A DNA stretch of 64,000 bases from Eledone cirrhosa (lineage: Eukaryota). The notes under the pieces were generated by a model. That model saw only the letters and a program-made list of their open reading frames with translations. It ran no database searches and was not told the DNA's origin. Positions 44,881-57,871 of the stretch are shown here, piece after piece. The DNA is taken from NCBI GenBank assembly GCA_964016885.1, contig OZ024753.1:39308001-39372000 (forward strand), in the 5' to 3' direction. A program made the position numbers and the translations under genes. The first letter of the stretch is position 1, and each line of letters begins with the position of its first letter.

Positions 44881-45170
44881 CAGACCATGGACAACATTTT
44901 TCGAGAAGTGGGCCGCATGAGATATGGCCCATCATCAAGTGGACCCCAAGCACTAATTTACATTCGTGCCCACATTAAAAAAGGGCGGCAACTCAGGTTG
45001 TTTTGATTTGTTTCTTCAGAATTCGGACACGTTGTTTTCCTCGATCGTAAAAATGATAGAAAGATAAATTACGACTGAAAAGTTGGGTTAATAAAATCAG
45101 AAAGATTTCACTTAGGTGACTTAGGCGAGCCACTCAGATAGCTTCGCGGGCCGCAGATTGCCCATGACTG
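44881..45170. mobile_element. hAT-like MITE (~290 bp)
   Basis: Imperfect TIRs CAGACCATGGACAA and TTGCCCATGACTG, subterminal GGGCCGC motifs, and 8-bp flanks CTTGAGAC / CTTCAGAT (6 of 8 identical). Confidence 0.6.
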
Positions 45171-46077
45171 CTTCAGATAGAGGCTTCGATCAGACGGCGT
45201 TTCATCTAGGGTAAGGGTCTTTAAAGTAGCTTCGGATTAAACCATGACACCTGAGTAAAATTGGGTAGACGAAAAGTGTTTGGAAGCCCATCGATGGGAT
45301 TGTACCTTTAACTCAAAGAGTCAGCCTTGTCACATAATGTGCCATGCTGAATCTCCGTTAAGAGAACCCGTTTTTGTAGAATGGCCAGCTAATTACACGT
45401 TAATTTCACGACCATGATGATCTGTTTGTCGAAAAACTGGAAAGCTCATCGTCGAAACCGACTGAAGTCCATTCCATTTAATACAATTCTTTTTATACTC
45501 ATATGTACCATTTTTCCTTTAGTGTGCCCTGACACACACATACACACATACACATAAATACACACACACACATATACGCAAGACACAAATACATACAATC
45601 ACGGATTTTTTTCCTAGCCCATCTCTATCAAGTGCCCAAGCACATACATACATACAAACACACACATTCACACACACTCGCCCACTCTCGCTCTCTCTCT
45701 CTCTATCTCTCTCTACCTAAGAGTTTTTCTCTGTCTCTCCCTCACAATTATACAAACACAATTATACAACCACAAACAAACACACAGACACACAAATTCA
45801 GGCACACACACTGTCTCTCTCCCTCTCTATCTCCCCACCCCCTCTCTCTCTCACTCTCTCTTTCTCCCTCACAAACATGCACACACACACACACACACAC
45901 ACGTAATCACACACATACAAACACACACGCACACACACGTTTCTATCTATGAGAATTAAAGAAGTGTATATGGAGACAAAATATTGTGTGCAAGTTTGTG
46001 TGTGTGTGTTTGTTCGTTTTTGTATACAAATGCTTGTACATACATACATACATAGACATATACACACACACACGCGC

Positions 46078-46109
<32 letters not shown>

Positions 46110-46149
46110 TTATATATATATACATATGTATGTATATATATATATATAC

Positions 46150-46194
<45 letters not shown>

Positions 46195-46213
46195 CATATG
46201 TATATATATATAC

Positions 46214-46308
<95 letters not shown>

Positions 46309-46316
46309 CGAAGGAA

Positions 46317-46500
46317 ATGTGGTAAGGAACCAGGTGGACCATAACGCACCAAAGTACTCAATACTTAGGGTAGTAGAGTGGGTAATAGGAACAAGTAAGA
46401 CCCCGACGGCTGAGCTCAAGCCGTTTCGACAGCTAATTCTGTACAGAATTAGCCGTCGAAACGGCTTGAGTTCAGCCGTCGGGGTCTTACTTGTTCCTAT
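46317..46500. mobile_element. pLTR-like repeat ending in a palindrome with 58-bp arms (46385-46500)
   Basis: Centre is CTGT|ACAG. A paralogue lies at 52804-52974. Confidence 0.75.
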
Positions 46501-46555
46501 ATATATATATATATATGTATATATATGTATATATATGTATATATATACATATGTA

Positions 46556-46621
<66 letters not shown>

Positions 46622-46762
46622 TATCAGTTTGGTAGAAATATCCAAGTACGAGAGCACTCAGCCCATGAGACGAGTTAAGTATTATTAGTTATAATTCAGC
46701 CTGAATAAGTTGGGGTGCATAACCCAAGGAAACTTAAGTACCTATATATGTCACTGTTGTAA

Positions 46763-46824
<62 letters not shown>

Positions 46825-46979
46825 GGAAAAGAGTCAGGACCCCGGATGGTGAGGTCCGGGCCTTTCAACAACTAGATACACGTGCATGTGTATATATATA
46901 TATACCGGACTCAATCGGGGGTAACCACAGTAAGTAAGGTACTCAATATAAAGCAGAGTATAAATATCAAATATAGAGA

Positions 46980-47030
46980 AACTTCTACAGGACTAGAATT
47001 GTTTCATTCGGGAGAAATCATCAGGAAGCT
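46980..47030 (-). ncRNA. Type I hammerhead ribozyme, near-intact
   Basis: AGCTTC-CTGATGA-T-TTC-TCCC-GAA-T-GAAA-CA..TG-TA-GAAGTT. The base of helix II is U.U rather than G-C. Confidence 0.55.
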
Positions 47031-47055
47031 CTCCCCCCCCCTCTCTCTCTCTCTG

Positions 47056-47088
<33 letters not shown>

Positions 47089-47110
47089 TTATATACATAC
47101 ATATATATAT

Positions 47111-47691
47111 GGTGGCTGCCAACTCGTTTTCGAGTACGGCCACTACTTTATATCCATGTAGGAGAACCCCTACTGATGCGCTGAACAAGTGTGACTTTTT
47201 AGTCCAGCCAGCGACTTGAAAACTCTGGTACAAACACTACACTTGTGATAACTATTGACACATAGTGCTGGGCCCATGGTACCATGTGATGGCAAGTGCA
47301 GAGAGATCTCCAGATATAAAGCAATGCCTGTGCCGTGAAGCTTTTATAGTGAGCAAAGGTACTGCACAAAGCCAGTCCCACTCTCTTAACCAAGATGATA
47401 TTTACCAAAAAGAAGAACAAGTCATCATCATTGGATACCATCAGTGTTGCAGGTATTATATCACAGTTTTCCTTCTAGAATTCTGCTTTGACAAAGACTA
47501 AGGGGTCATCTCTCCCGGTGATCTTAAGAGCTCCTTTGCCCTTTGACAGGTTTTGTTTTTAGTCCTGCAGGATGTCCAAAGTCACCCTCCTCACCAAGAA
47601 ACCTTGGTGGGTTTGCCAGTTTAGTCGCCAACGACCCAACCATGGGACAGGTTGTACTGGGGTACATATACTGGGATACAGATTGTACTGG

Positions 47692-47692
<1 letters not shown>
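47111..47692 (-). mobile_element. Bipartite RTE-derived retroposon, slightly diverged
   Basis: Matches the family. It retains CAGGATGTCCAA, which is absent from the 20321 and 28312 copies. Confidence 0.8.
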
Positions 47693-47768
<76 letters not shown>

Positions 47769-47993
47769 CATATATATATATATTTATATATATGTATGTA
47801 TATATATATATTTATATATGTATGTATATATACACATATATACATATATACATATATACATACATACAGAAAAATGAAACGGAATTTCTGTCGTCAGAAA
47901 TGATAAGTCAGTAGAACTATATATAGGCACACACACACACATATGTGTGTGTGTGTGTGTGTGTGTATGGGTGTGGGTGTGTGTGTGTGTGTA

Positions 47994-48038
<45 letters not shown>

Positions 48039-48294
48039 CGATGAGGAAGTCAGTCATCAAGAAAGATAAACTCTTCTGATTGATACCGTGTACTGTGTAT
48101 TGAATACAGAATATCTTTTTTGCTGAACTTATTTTGAATATCTTTATTATATATTTTTAAACGTTTCTTCTTTGTTTGGTTTTGTTATTGTTTTGCTGTT
48201 GTTGTTGTTTTATGTGGGTTTTCTTCGTCCACAAATACACAGAACAAACAAAACTGCAAGAATATAATCCTTTGTTTACTTCAGTTCTGTAAAT

Positions 48295-49335
48295 GACACA
48301 CACACAACATACAAGCCACAACATACAACACACTCACGTACATACACACACACACACACACATCCAGCAACACACAACACACAACCTACAACACACATCA
48401 TATAACATATACACACACAACCCACAACACATCATATAACACAACACACACATCATAATACACACACACAACCCATAACACAGAACACATGCACACACAC
48501 AGACAATATACAACACACACACACAACACCCAACGCACCACATACAACACATACAACATACAACACACACAACACCCAACACACAACACCCAACACAAAC
48601 AACATACAACACACCACATACAACACACAAGATACAACACACACAAGATACAACACACACAACATACAACACACACAACATACAGCACACCACATACAAC
48701 ACACAACATACAACACACACAACATACAACACACAACATCCAACGCACACAACATACAACACACCACATACAACACACAACATACAACATACAACATACA
48801 CCACACAACATACAACACACAACACACAACACCCAACACACAACACCCAACACACAACACCCAACACACGACACCCAACCCACAACATACAACAGACAAC
48901 ATACAACACACGCAACACAACACACAACACACAACACACAACACACACAACACAACACACAACACACACCATACAACACACAACAGACAACACCCAACAC
49001 ACAATACCCAACACACAACATCTAACACACAACTCCCAACACACAACATACAACACACAACACCCAACACACAACACCCAACACACAACACCCAACACAC
49101 AACATACAACACACAACATACAACACCCAACACCCAACACACAACACCCAACACACAACATACAACACACAACATACAACACACAACACCCAACACACGA
49201 CACCCAACACACAACATTCAACACACAATATACAACACACACGCATCACAACACACAACACAACACACAACACACAACACACACAACACAACACACAACA
49301 CACAACATACAACACACACAACACACACAACACCC
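48295..49335. repeat. CA-rich degenerate satellite (ACAACAC/ACAACAT/CCAACAC units)
   Basis: Directly visible. Confidence 0.9.
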
Positions 49336-49444
49336 AGCCAACCAGACCTTCTGTCTTTCTTATCACATTTACTGATTGATTTCTCACACATATACACACT
49401 CCCCACTCACTCTTCCCTCACTTCACCCTCACCCCACCCTCATC

Positions 49445-49566
49445 CCATCAACAACAACAACAACAACACCACCAACAACAACAACAACACCACTAACAAC
49501 AACACCACCACCACCAACAACAACAACAACAACACCACTAACAACAACGCCACCACCACCAACAAC

Positions 49567-49597
<31 letters not shown>

Positions 49598-50342
49598 CCA
49601 CTAACAATAACAACACCACCAACATCAACAACAACAACACCACTAACAATAACAACACCACCAACATCAACAACAACAACACCACCAACACCACCACCAC
49701 CACCAACAACACCACCACCACCAACAACATCCCCACCACCACCATCAACAGCAACAACAACACCACCACCACCAACAACAACAACAACACCACCACCAAC
49801 ACCAGCAACACCACCACCACCACCATCAAGAACAACATCCCCACCACCACCATCAACAACAACAACAACAACACCACCACCACCATCAACAACAACAATA
49901 ACACCACCACCATCACCATCAACAACAACAACACCACCACCATCAACAACAACAACAACAACAACACCACCAACAACAACACTACCACCACTACCACCAT
50001 CAACAACAACAACACCACCACCATCAACAACAACAACACCTTCATTGTATATTTATGACGGTAATATTTCTCTATCCTTCCTTTGTATAACATTTTCCTT
50101 CCTTGCTGTCATGGCCGTCTTTGTTGTTGTTGTTGTTATTGTTATTGTTGCTGTGGGGTTGTTCCCATTGATGTTGTTGTTGTTGTTGCTGTTGTTTTGT
50201 TGTTGTTGCTACTGTCGTTGTTGTTGTTGCTGTTGTCGTTGCTGTTGTTGCTGTACTTGTTGCTGTCGTACTCGCTGCTGCTGTTGTTGTTGTTCTTGCT
50301 GCTGCTGCTGTTATTGCTGCTACTGTTGTTGTTGTTGCTGTT

Positions 50343-50373
<31 letters not shown>

Positions 50374-50441
50374 TTGTTCTTGCTGCTGCTGTTGTTGCTG
50401 CTACTGTTGTTGTTGTTGCTGTTGTTGTTGTTGTACCTGTT

Positions 50442-50472
<31 letters not shown>

Positions 50473-50483
50473 TCGCTGCTGTT

Positions 50484-50514
<31 letters not shown>

Positions 50515-50846
50515 TTCTTGCTGCTGCTGTTGTTGCTGCTACTGTTGTTGTTGGTTGTTGTTGTATCTGTTGTTGTTGTTGTTGCTGTTGCTGTTGCTGT
50601 TGTCGTTGCTGTTGTTGTTGCTGTTGCTGCTGTTGTTGTTGTTGTTGCTGCTGTTGTTGCTGCTACTGCTGCTGTTGTTGTTGTATCTGTTGTTGTTGTT
50701 GTTGCTGCTGCTGTTGTTGTTGTTGTTGCTGTTGTTGTTGTTGCTGTTGACCAGAAAACATTACACATATTCTTCAAACTCTCCAGATTTTTTTATACAA
50801 TCTTTCCTTTCACGTTTTTTTTATTATCGTTATCATCATCATCATC

Positions 50847-50914
<68 letters not shown>

Positions 50915-50920
50915 CATCAT
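49445..50920. repeat. (CAA/CCA)n tract, spacer, (TTG/CTG)n tract, (CAT)n
   Basis: Directly visible. It explains the 582-aa low-complexity ORF. Confidence 0.9.
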
Positions 50921-51025
50921 TGTTATCATTATTATCTCACTTTGGCTTCGTGGCTTTGCGACCAGACGTTTTTTTACTATTTTTTCTATATTAATATTTC
51001 AGCCAGAAAGATCTTTGTAAGGAAA

Positions 51026-51102
<77 letters not shown>

Positions 51103-51254
51103 GCATTTTCTAAGGAATTCTTAGAATGTTCTCGAAAGTTTATCGCTATACATAGGACACAGTGATGGAGAACATATTTCACACACACATACCCCTTACC
51201 TCACCAAGACCACAAATACCACCACCACAATCACCACTACAGACCCACACACAC

Positions 51255-51307
<53 letters not shown>

Positions 51308-51367
51308 AGAAAGTGAGGGTTTTTTTACAAAATGAAAAATAACCGAGGTGTCCAACACGAGTGAAAG

Positions 51368-51464
51368 TATAAGGAAAAAAGGATGAAATCGAAAATGCAA
51401 CTGGAGTCTTATTTTTAAAATAAGACTCCAGTTGCATTTTCGATTTCATCCTTTTTTCCTTATA
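51368..51464. repeat. Perfect palindrome (48-bp arms, 1-nt centre)
   Basis: The left arm is homologous to the unmirrored copy at about 38878-38930. Confidence 0.9.
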
Positions 51465-51482
51465 TATATATATATATATATA

Positions 51483-51872
51483 TACAATATTAAATAAATG
51501 GAAAACTATATTTATAAAACCATATTTATTTCATTATATATATTTCGGGGATATCATATTAACAATATGCTATGCCTTCATCAGACAAAATACAATATAA
51601 ACAGTTTTATAGATAAATATATTCGACATACCGTAATAAACATCAACTTCATTTGAAGAGGTTCACTCTAGCAGTAGTGACTGCTAGAGTGAACCTCTTC
51701 AAATGAAGTTGATGTTTATTACGGTATGTCGAATATATTTATCTATAAAACTGTTTATATTGTATTTTGTCTGATGAAGGCATAGCATATTGTTAATATG
51801 ATATCCCCGAAATATATATAATGAAATAAATATGGTTTTATAAATATAGTTTTCCATTTATTTAATATTGTA
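51483..51872. mobile_element. Inverted repeat (193-bp arms, 4-nt loop AGTG), pLTR-like with two hammerheads
   Basis: 51483-51675 versus 51680-51872. The left arm matches about 30405-30580. Confidence 0.88.
51763..51828 (+). ncRNA. Minimal type I hammerhead (mirror on - strand at 51527-51592)
   Basis: TATTTTGT-CTGATGA-A-GG..CATATT/AATATG..CC-GAAA-TATATA-TA-ATGAAATA. Confidence 0.7.
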
Positions 51873-51956
51873 AATATACTCCAAGTATTTGTCGAGTGCT
51901 TTTATATCAGTTATAAATATTTACTAGTTGTAACCCAACAATTTTAAATATAACTT

Positions 51957-52029
<73 letters not shown>

Positions 52030-52119
52030 AGAAGTTATATTTAATTTGTTGGGATACAACAAGCAAATATTTTTATAATTGATATAAAGCACTCAACAAA
52101 TTTTTGGAGTAAAAATACA

Positions 52120-52270
52120 ATATATTAACAAATGGAAACTATATTTATAAAACCATATTTATTTCATTATACATATTTCAAGGACACCAAAGCGCACCAT
52201 AATTTGCTTTGGTGTCCTTGAAATATGTATAATGAAATAAATATGGTTTTATAAATATAGTTTCCATTTG

Positions 52271-52279
<9 letters not shown>
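52120..52279. repeat. Palindrome (74-bp arms, 12-nt loop) of a hammerhead 3' half
   Basis: 52120-52193 versus 52206-52279. GAAATATGTATAATGAAATA is the same as in the 29901 ribozyme. Confidence 0.85.
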
Positions 52280-52345
<66 letters not shown>

Positions 52346-52538
52346 GTTAAAAATGTACATCCGCATATGTATACTGAAATACTAGTATGCATATGAATAC
52401 ACACACGTATACATATGTAGATGTACCAAGTCTTTCACTGGTTACTTTACTGTGAGTATCCAGCTATTCTGTATGTAAACACACAGACAAACCGGTTTTT
52501 AGAGTCATACTGGTTTTTGAGGAAACACCTTTCCTCTA

Positions 52539-52633
52539 TTCTCCAGAAAGCCAGACAAGGAATATTGAACTAGTTTCGCTGTTGTTACAACTCATCAGCA
52601 ATATTTACCTATCTACCGGCCTTTCTGGAGAAT
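52539..52633 (-). ncRNA. Intact type I hammerhead ribozyme (core 52561-52605) with extended helix I
   Basis: AATATTG-CTGATGA-GTTGT-AACA-ACAGC-GAAA-CTA-GTT-CAATATT. A distal 13-bp pairing ATTCTCCAGAAAG/CTTTCTGGAGAAT closes the helix. Confidence 0.8.
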
Positions 52634-52803
52634 CGTAAAAGCACATATCGTTATATGCTTTTTCTATGAAAATTAGTAGTGGGCAGACTAATTTGCATAG
52701 AGTGTGAGTACGTACCGGTTCAACGGAGACGATAAAAACAAATAACGAAACGAAATTAAATTTCGTTTCGTTTGTAACGAATATATATATAAAACAAAGG
52801 AAT

Positions 52804-52974
52804 TGTGGTAAGGAACCAGATGGACTATAACGCACCAGAATACTCAATACTTAGGGTAGTAGAGTGGGAAATAGGAAAAAGTATGACCCCGACGGCAGAG
52901 CTCAAGCCGTTTCGGCAGAGCTCAAGGCGTCGAAACGGCTTGAGCTCTGCCGTCGGGGTCATACTTTTTCCTAT
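52804..52974. mobile_element. pLTR-like repeat ending in a palindrome with 44-bp arms (52871-52974)
   Basis: Paralogue of 46317-46500. Confidence 0.75.
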
Positions 52975-53039
52975 ATATATATATATATGCTTGTGGGTGA
53001 ATATATGTCAATGTATTATTGTTATTACAATTATCATGA

Positions 53040-54190
<1,151 letters not shown>

Positions 54191-54762
54191 TATTATTATT
54201 GCTTCATTATTGCATTATATTTGATTTATCTTTGTGTAATAAAATGATGTTAATTATTAGCGAATTAGAGTCGTTTAATAATTGCCAGAGCCAACGATAA
54301 TAATCTAGAAGTCGAGCTAAATCTGTTGTAATGTTGCAAGAGTCATTAAAATATATCTAATTAGGGTTAATTAGAAAGATTTCGATTGAGACAACATTCT
54401 TTCACGTTCTCAGAATCTTAAAGTATTATTAAGTTGTTTCACTTTGTTTTAGATCGTCCATAATCGTCCCAATTTCAATGTAGGTGGCTTCGTTAGGGCG
54501 TCTTAAACTCGTGTATGTATGTATGTATGTATGTATGTATGTGTGTATGTGTGTATGTATGTATGTATGTGTGTATGTGTGTATGTGTGTATGTATGTAT
54601 GTGTGTATGTGTGTATGTATGTATGTATGTATGTGTGTATGTATGTATGTATGTATGTATGTATGTATGTATGTATGTGTGTATGTGTGTATGTATGTAT
54701 GTATGTATGTATGTGTGTATGTATGTGTGTATGTATGTATGTATGTATGTATGTATGTATGT

Positions 54763-55998
54763 AGATGACCCCTTAGCCTTTGTCAAGGCAGAATTCTAGG
54801 AGAAGGAAAACTCTGATATAACACCTGCAACTCTGATGGTATCCAATGATGTTGACTTGTTCTTCTTTTTGGTAAATATCATCTTGGTTAAGAGAGTGGG
54901 ACTGGCTTTGTGCAGTGCCTTTGCTCACTATAAAAGCTTCATGGCACAGGCATTGCTTTATATCTGGGGATCTCTCTGCACTTGTCGTCACATGGTACCA
55001 TGGGCCCAGCACTATGTCACAAGTGTAATGTTTGTACCAGAGTTTTCAAGTCGCTGGCTGGACTAAAAAGTCACACTCGTTCAGTGCATCGGTAGGAGTT
55101 CTTCTACATGGATATAAAGTAGTGGCCGTACTCGAAAACGAGTTGGCAGCCACCATGTATGTATGTATATATCTGGAGATCTCTCTGCACTTGTCGTCAC
55201 ATGGTACCATGGGCCCAGCACTATGTGTCAGTAATTGTCACAAGTGTAGTGTTTGTACCAGAGTTTTCAAGTAGCTGGCTGGACTAAAAAGTCACACTCG
55301 TTCAGCGCATCGGTAGGAGTTCTCCTACATGGATATAACTTAGTGGCCGTACTCGAAAACGAGTTGGCAGCCACCATGTATGTATGTATGTCAGGTCACC
55401 AGTTTTTGCTACTGGTAACATGTATCCCAGTACAGCCTGTCTCATGGTCGGGTCGTTAGCGACTAAACTGGCAACCCCTCCAAGGTTTCTTGGTGAGGAG
55501 GGTGACTTTGGACATCCTGCAGGACTAAAAACAGAACCTGTCAAAGGGCAAAGGAGCTCTTAAGTGTCAATGGCCATCCAAAATCACCGGGAGAGATGAC
55601 CCCTTAGCCTTTGTCAAGGCAGAATTCTAGAAGAAGGAAAACTCTGATATAACACCTGCAACCCTGATGGTATCCAATGATGTTGACTTGTTCTTCTTGT
55701 TGGTTAAATATCATCTTGGTTAAGAGAGTGGGACTGGCTTTGTGCAGTGCCTTTGCTCACTATAAAAGCTTCACGGCACAGGCATTGCTTTATATCTGGA
55801 GATCTCTCTGCACTTGTCATCACATCGTACCATGGGCCTAGCACTATGTGTCAATAATTGTCACAAGTGTAGTGTTTGTACCAGAGTTTTCAAGTCGCTG
55901 GCTGGACTAAAAAGTCACACTCGTTCAGCACATCGGTAGAGGTTCTCCTACATGGATATAAAGTAGTGGCTGTACTCGAAAACGAGTTGGCAGCCACC
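54763..55998 (+). mobile_element. Three tandem bipartite RTE-derived copies (54763-55154, ~55168-55375, 55390-55998) in (ATGT)n
   Basis: Each copy ends GAGTTGGCAGCCACC plus (ATGT)n. The 5' truncation points differ. Confidence 0.85.
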
Positions 55999-56435
55999 AT
56001 GTATGTATGTATGTATGTATGTATGTATGTATGTATGTATGTATGTATGTATGTATGTATGTATGTATGAAGGCGAGTGGCTTCGTGGTTAGGGTGTGTT
56101 AAACTCCTGTATGTATGTATATATTTATGTATGTATACACAAATTCATATATGCAAACATTCACACATGCACACTTTCTCTATCTCCCTCTTTCATTCTC
56201 ACTCTTCTCTCCACTCTCATCTCTCCTCTCCCTACTCCCTGGATTTTTTACTCTCTCTTCCCTTCCTCCTATCACTCCCTCCCTCCTCTACCCCCCCCCC
56301 TCTCTCATATACACACACAAGCATATACAGACTCATACATACAAACATTCGCGCACGCTCACTTTCTTTCCCTCTCTGTCTCTCACTCTTCCCTCCTTTC
56401 ACTCTCTCTCAATCATCTCTCCCCTATCCCCCCCC

Positions 56436-56469
<34 letters not shown>

Positions 56470-56601
56470 TAGAAACCTATACAGACCTCATATATACAAA
56501 CACCTTCTGAAAACTCTTTTGCATTTAAACTCTCTTTCAATGTAATGAATGTATGTTGAGTTTGTTATGTTGGAAAGTCGTATCGACAGCAGGGACCACT
56601 T

Positions 56602-56619
56602 CGACCACTAGGTGGCGTG
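56602..56619 (+). promoter_or_regulatory. Candidate CTCF binding site
   Basis: CGACCACTAGGTGGCGTG matches the bilaterian core CCASYAGRKGGCR and sits in a unique, relatively GC-rich island. Confidence 0.55.
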
Positions 56620-57024
56620 GTGTTTTGCAAATGTTGTGCGTGCAGTGCCATGTTTCTCGTCCATTCGGCCATTTGTTTTCACCCCCACTTAAAGCATGTC
56701 CCCTCTTATATAAGCCAGTCAAAATCTATTAAACGAACTAAACGACCCCCTCCCTGCGTTTTAAAGGAGAACGATGAGAAGAAGAAGGAGAGAAGACAAT
56801 AACAATTCTCACTCAGTTCTGCTCCTTGTATTGAATTATTCATTTTATGTCAGATTTCCAAGGTTTCCGAGAGAAAGTTCCAGAGATATTCTGCTTCAGA
56901 ACGAAAGCCGCTCCTCATCAGGTGTCTTAACCAATTAACCGGATTAGTCGGAAGTTCTAAACTAGTCTGTCAAGTATTTCACCATCTCAGTGTTGCTTGC
57001 TTCTTGAAATATATATATACACCA

Positions 57025-57067
<43 letters not shown>

Positions 57068-57108
57068 CAGAGATATACACCAATGTATATATATATATAT
57101 GTATCGAC

Positions 57109-57249
<141 letters not shown>

Positions 57250-57276
57250 CATATATATATATATATACATATATAC

Positions 57277-57308
<32 letters not shown>

Positions 57309-57785
57309 ATATATATGTGGGTATATGTGTGTGTGATGTGTATGTGATGTGTAGGAACAAATTTATCTATCGTCTGCAAACAACACTCCAACAACCAAAC
57401 ATGGCGATATATAGATAAATCAATTTAACGTATTTAGAATTTCACCATTTCACAATCGAGCCTCCTTCATATAAGGTGAATATGTGGGATTGTGTAGTGA
57501 CTTGTGTGTATGTGTGTGTCTTGTGTCTGTAGTGTAATATATAATCCCACCTGTACTTGTGTCGACATATACATACATATATATGTGTGTTGAGGGGCGA
57601 GTGTACGTCAGTGTGTGATATGTGTGTAACTAGTAAAACCAAAAGCAATGGCAACATAGTTTCCTTGGTCCGATTTGGCGATCAGCTCATATGATTTTAC
57701 CCATATAAGGGCCGGAGCTCAGCCATCGGGGTCCTGACTCTTTTCCTATATATATATATATATATATATATACACTCACACACAC

Positions 57786-57834
<49 letters not shown>

Positions 57835-57871
57835 TGTGTGGGGATGACCAAATGCGTTTTATTTTGGTTTT

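Noticed and set aside
49376-51124. 582-aa mucin-like/Cys-rich ORF with an apparent TM segment
   Set aside because: It is made entirely of trinucleotide tracts ending in (CAT)n and (TA)n, with no start context or splice support.
56878-56925. Minus-strand hammerhead-like motif CTGATGA-GGAGCG/CGTTCT-GAAG
   Set aside because: GAAA and the NUH site are altered and helix I does not pair; at most a relic.
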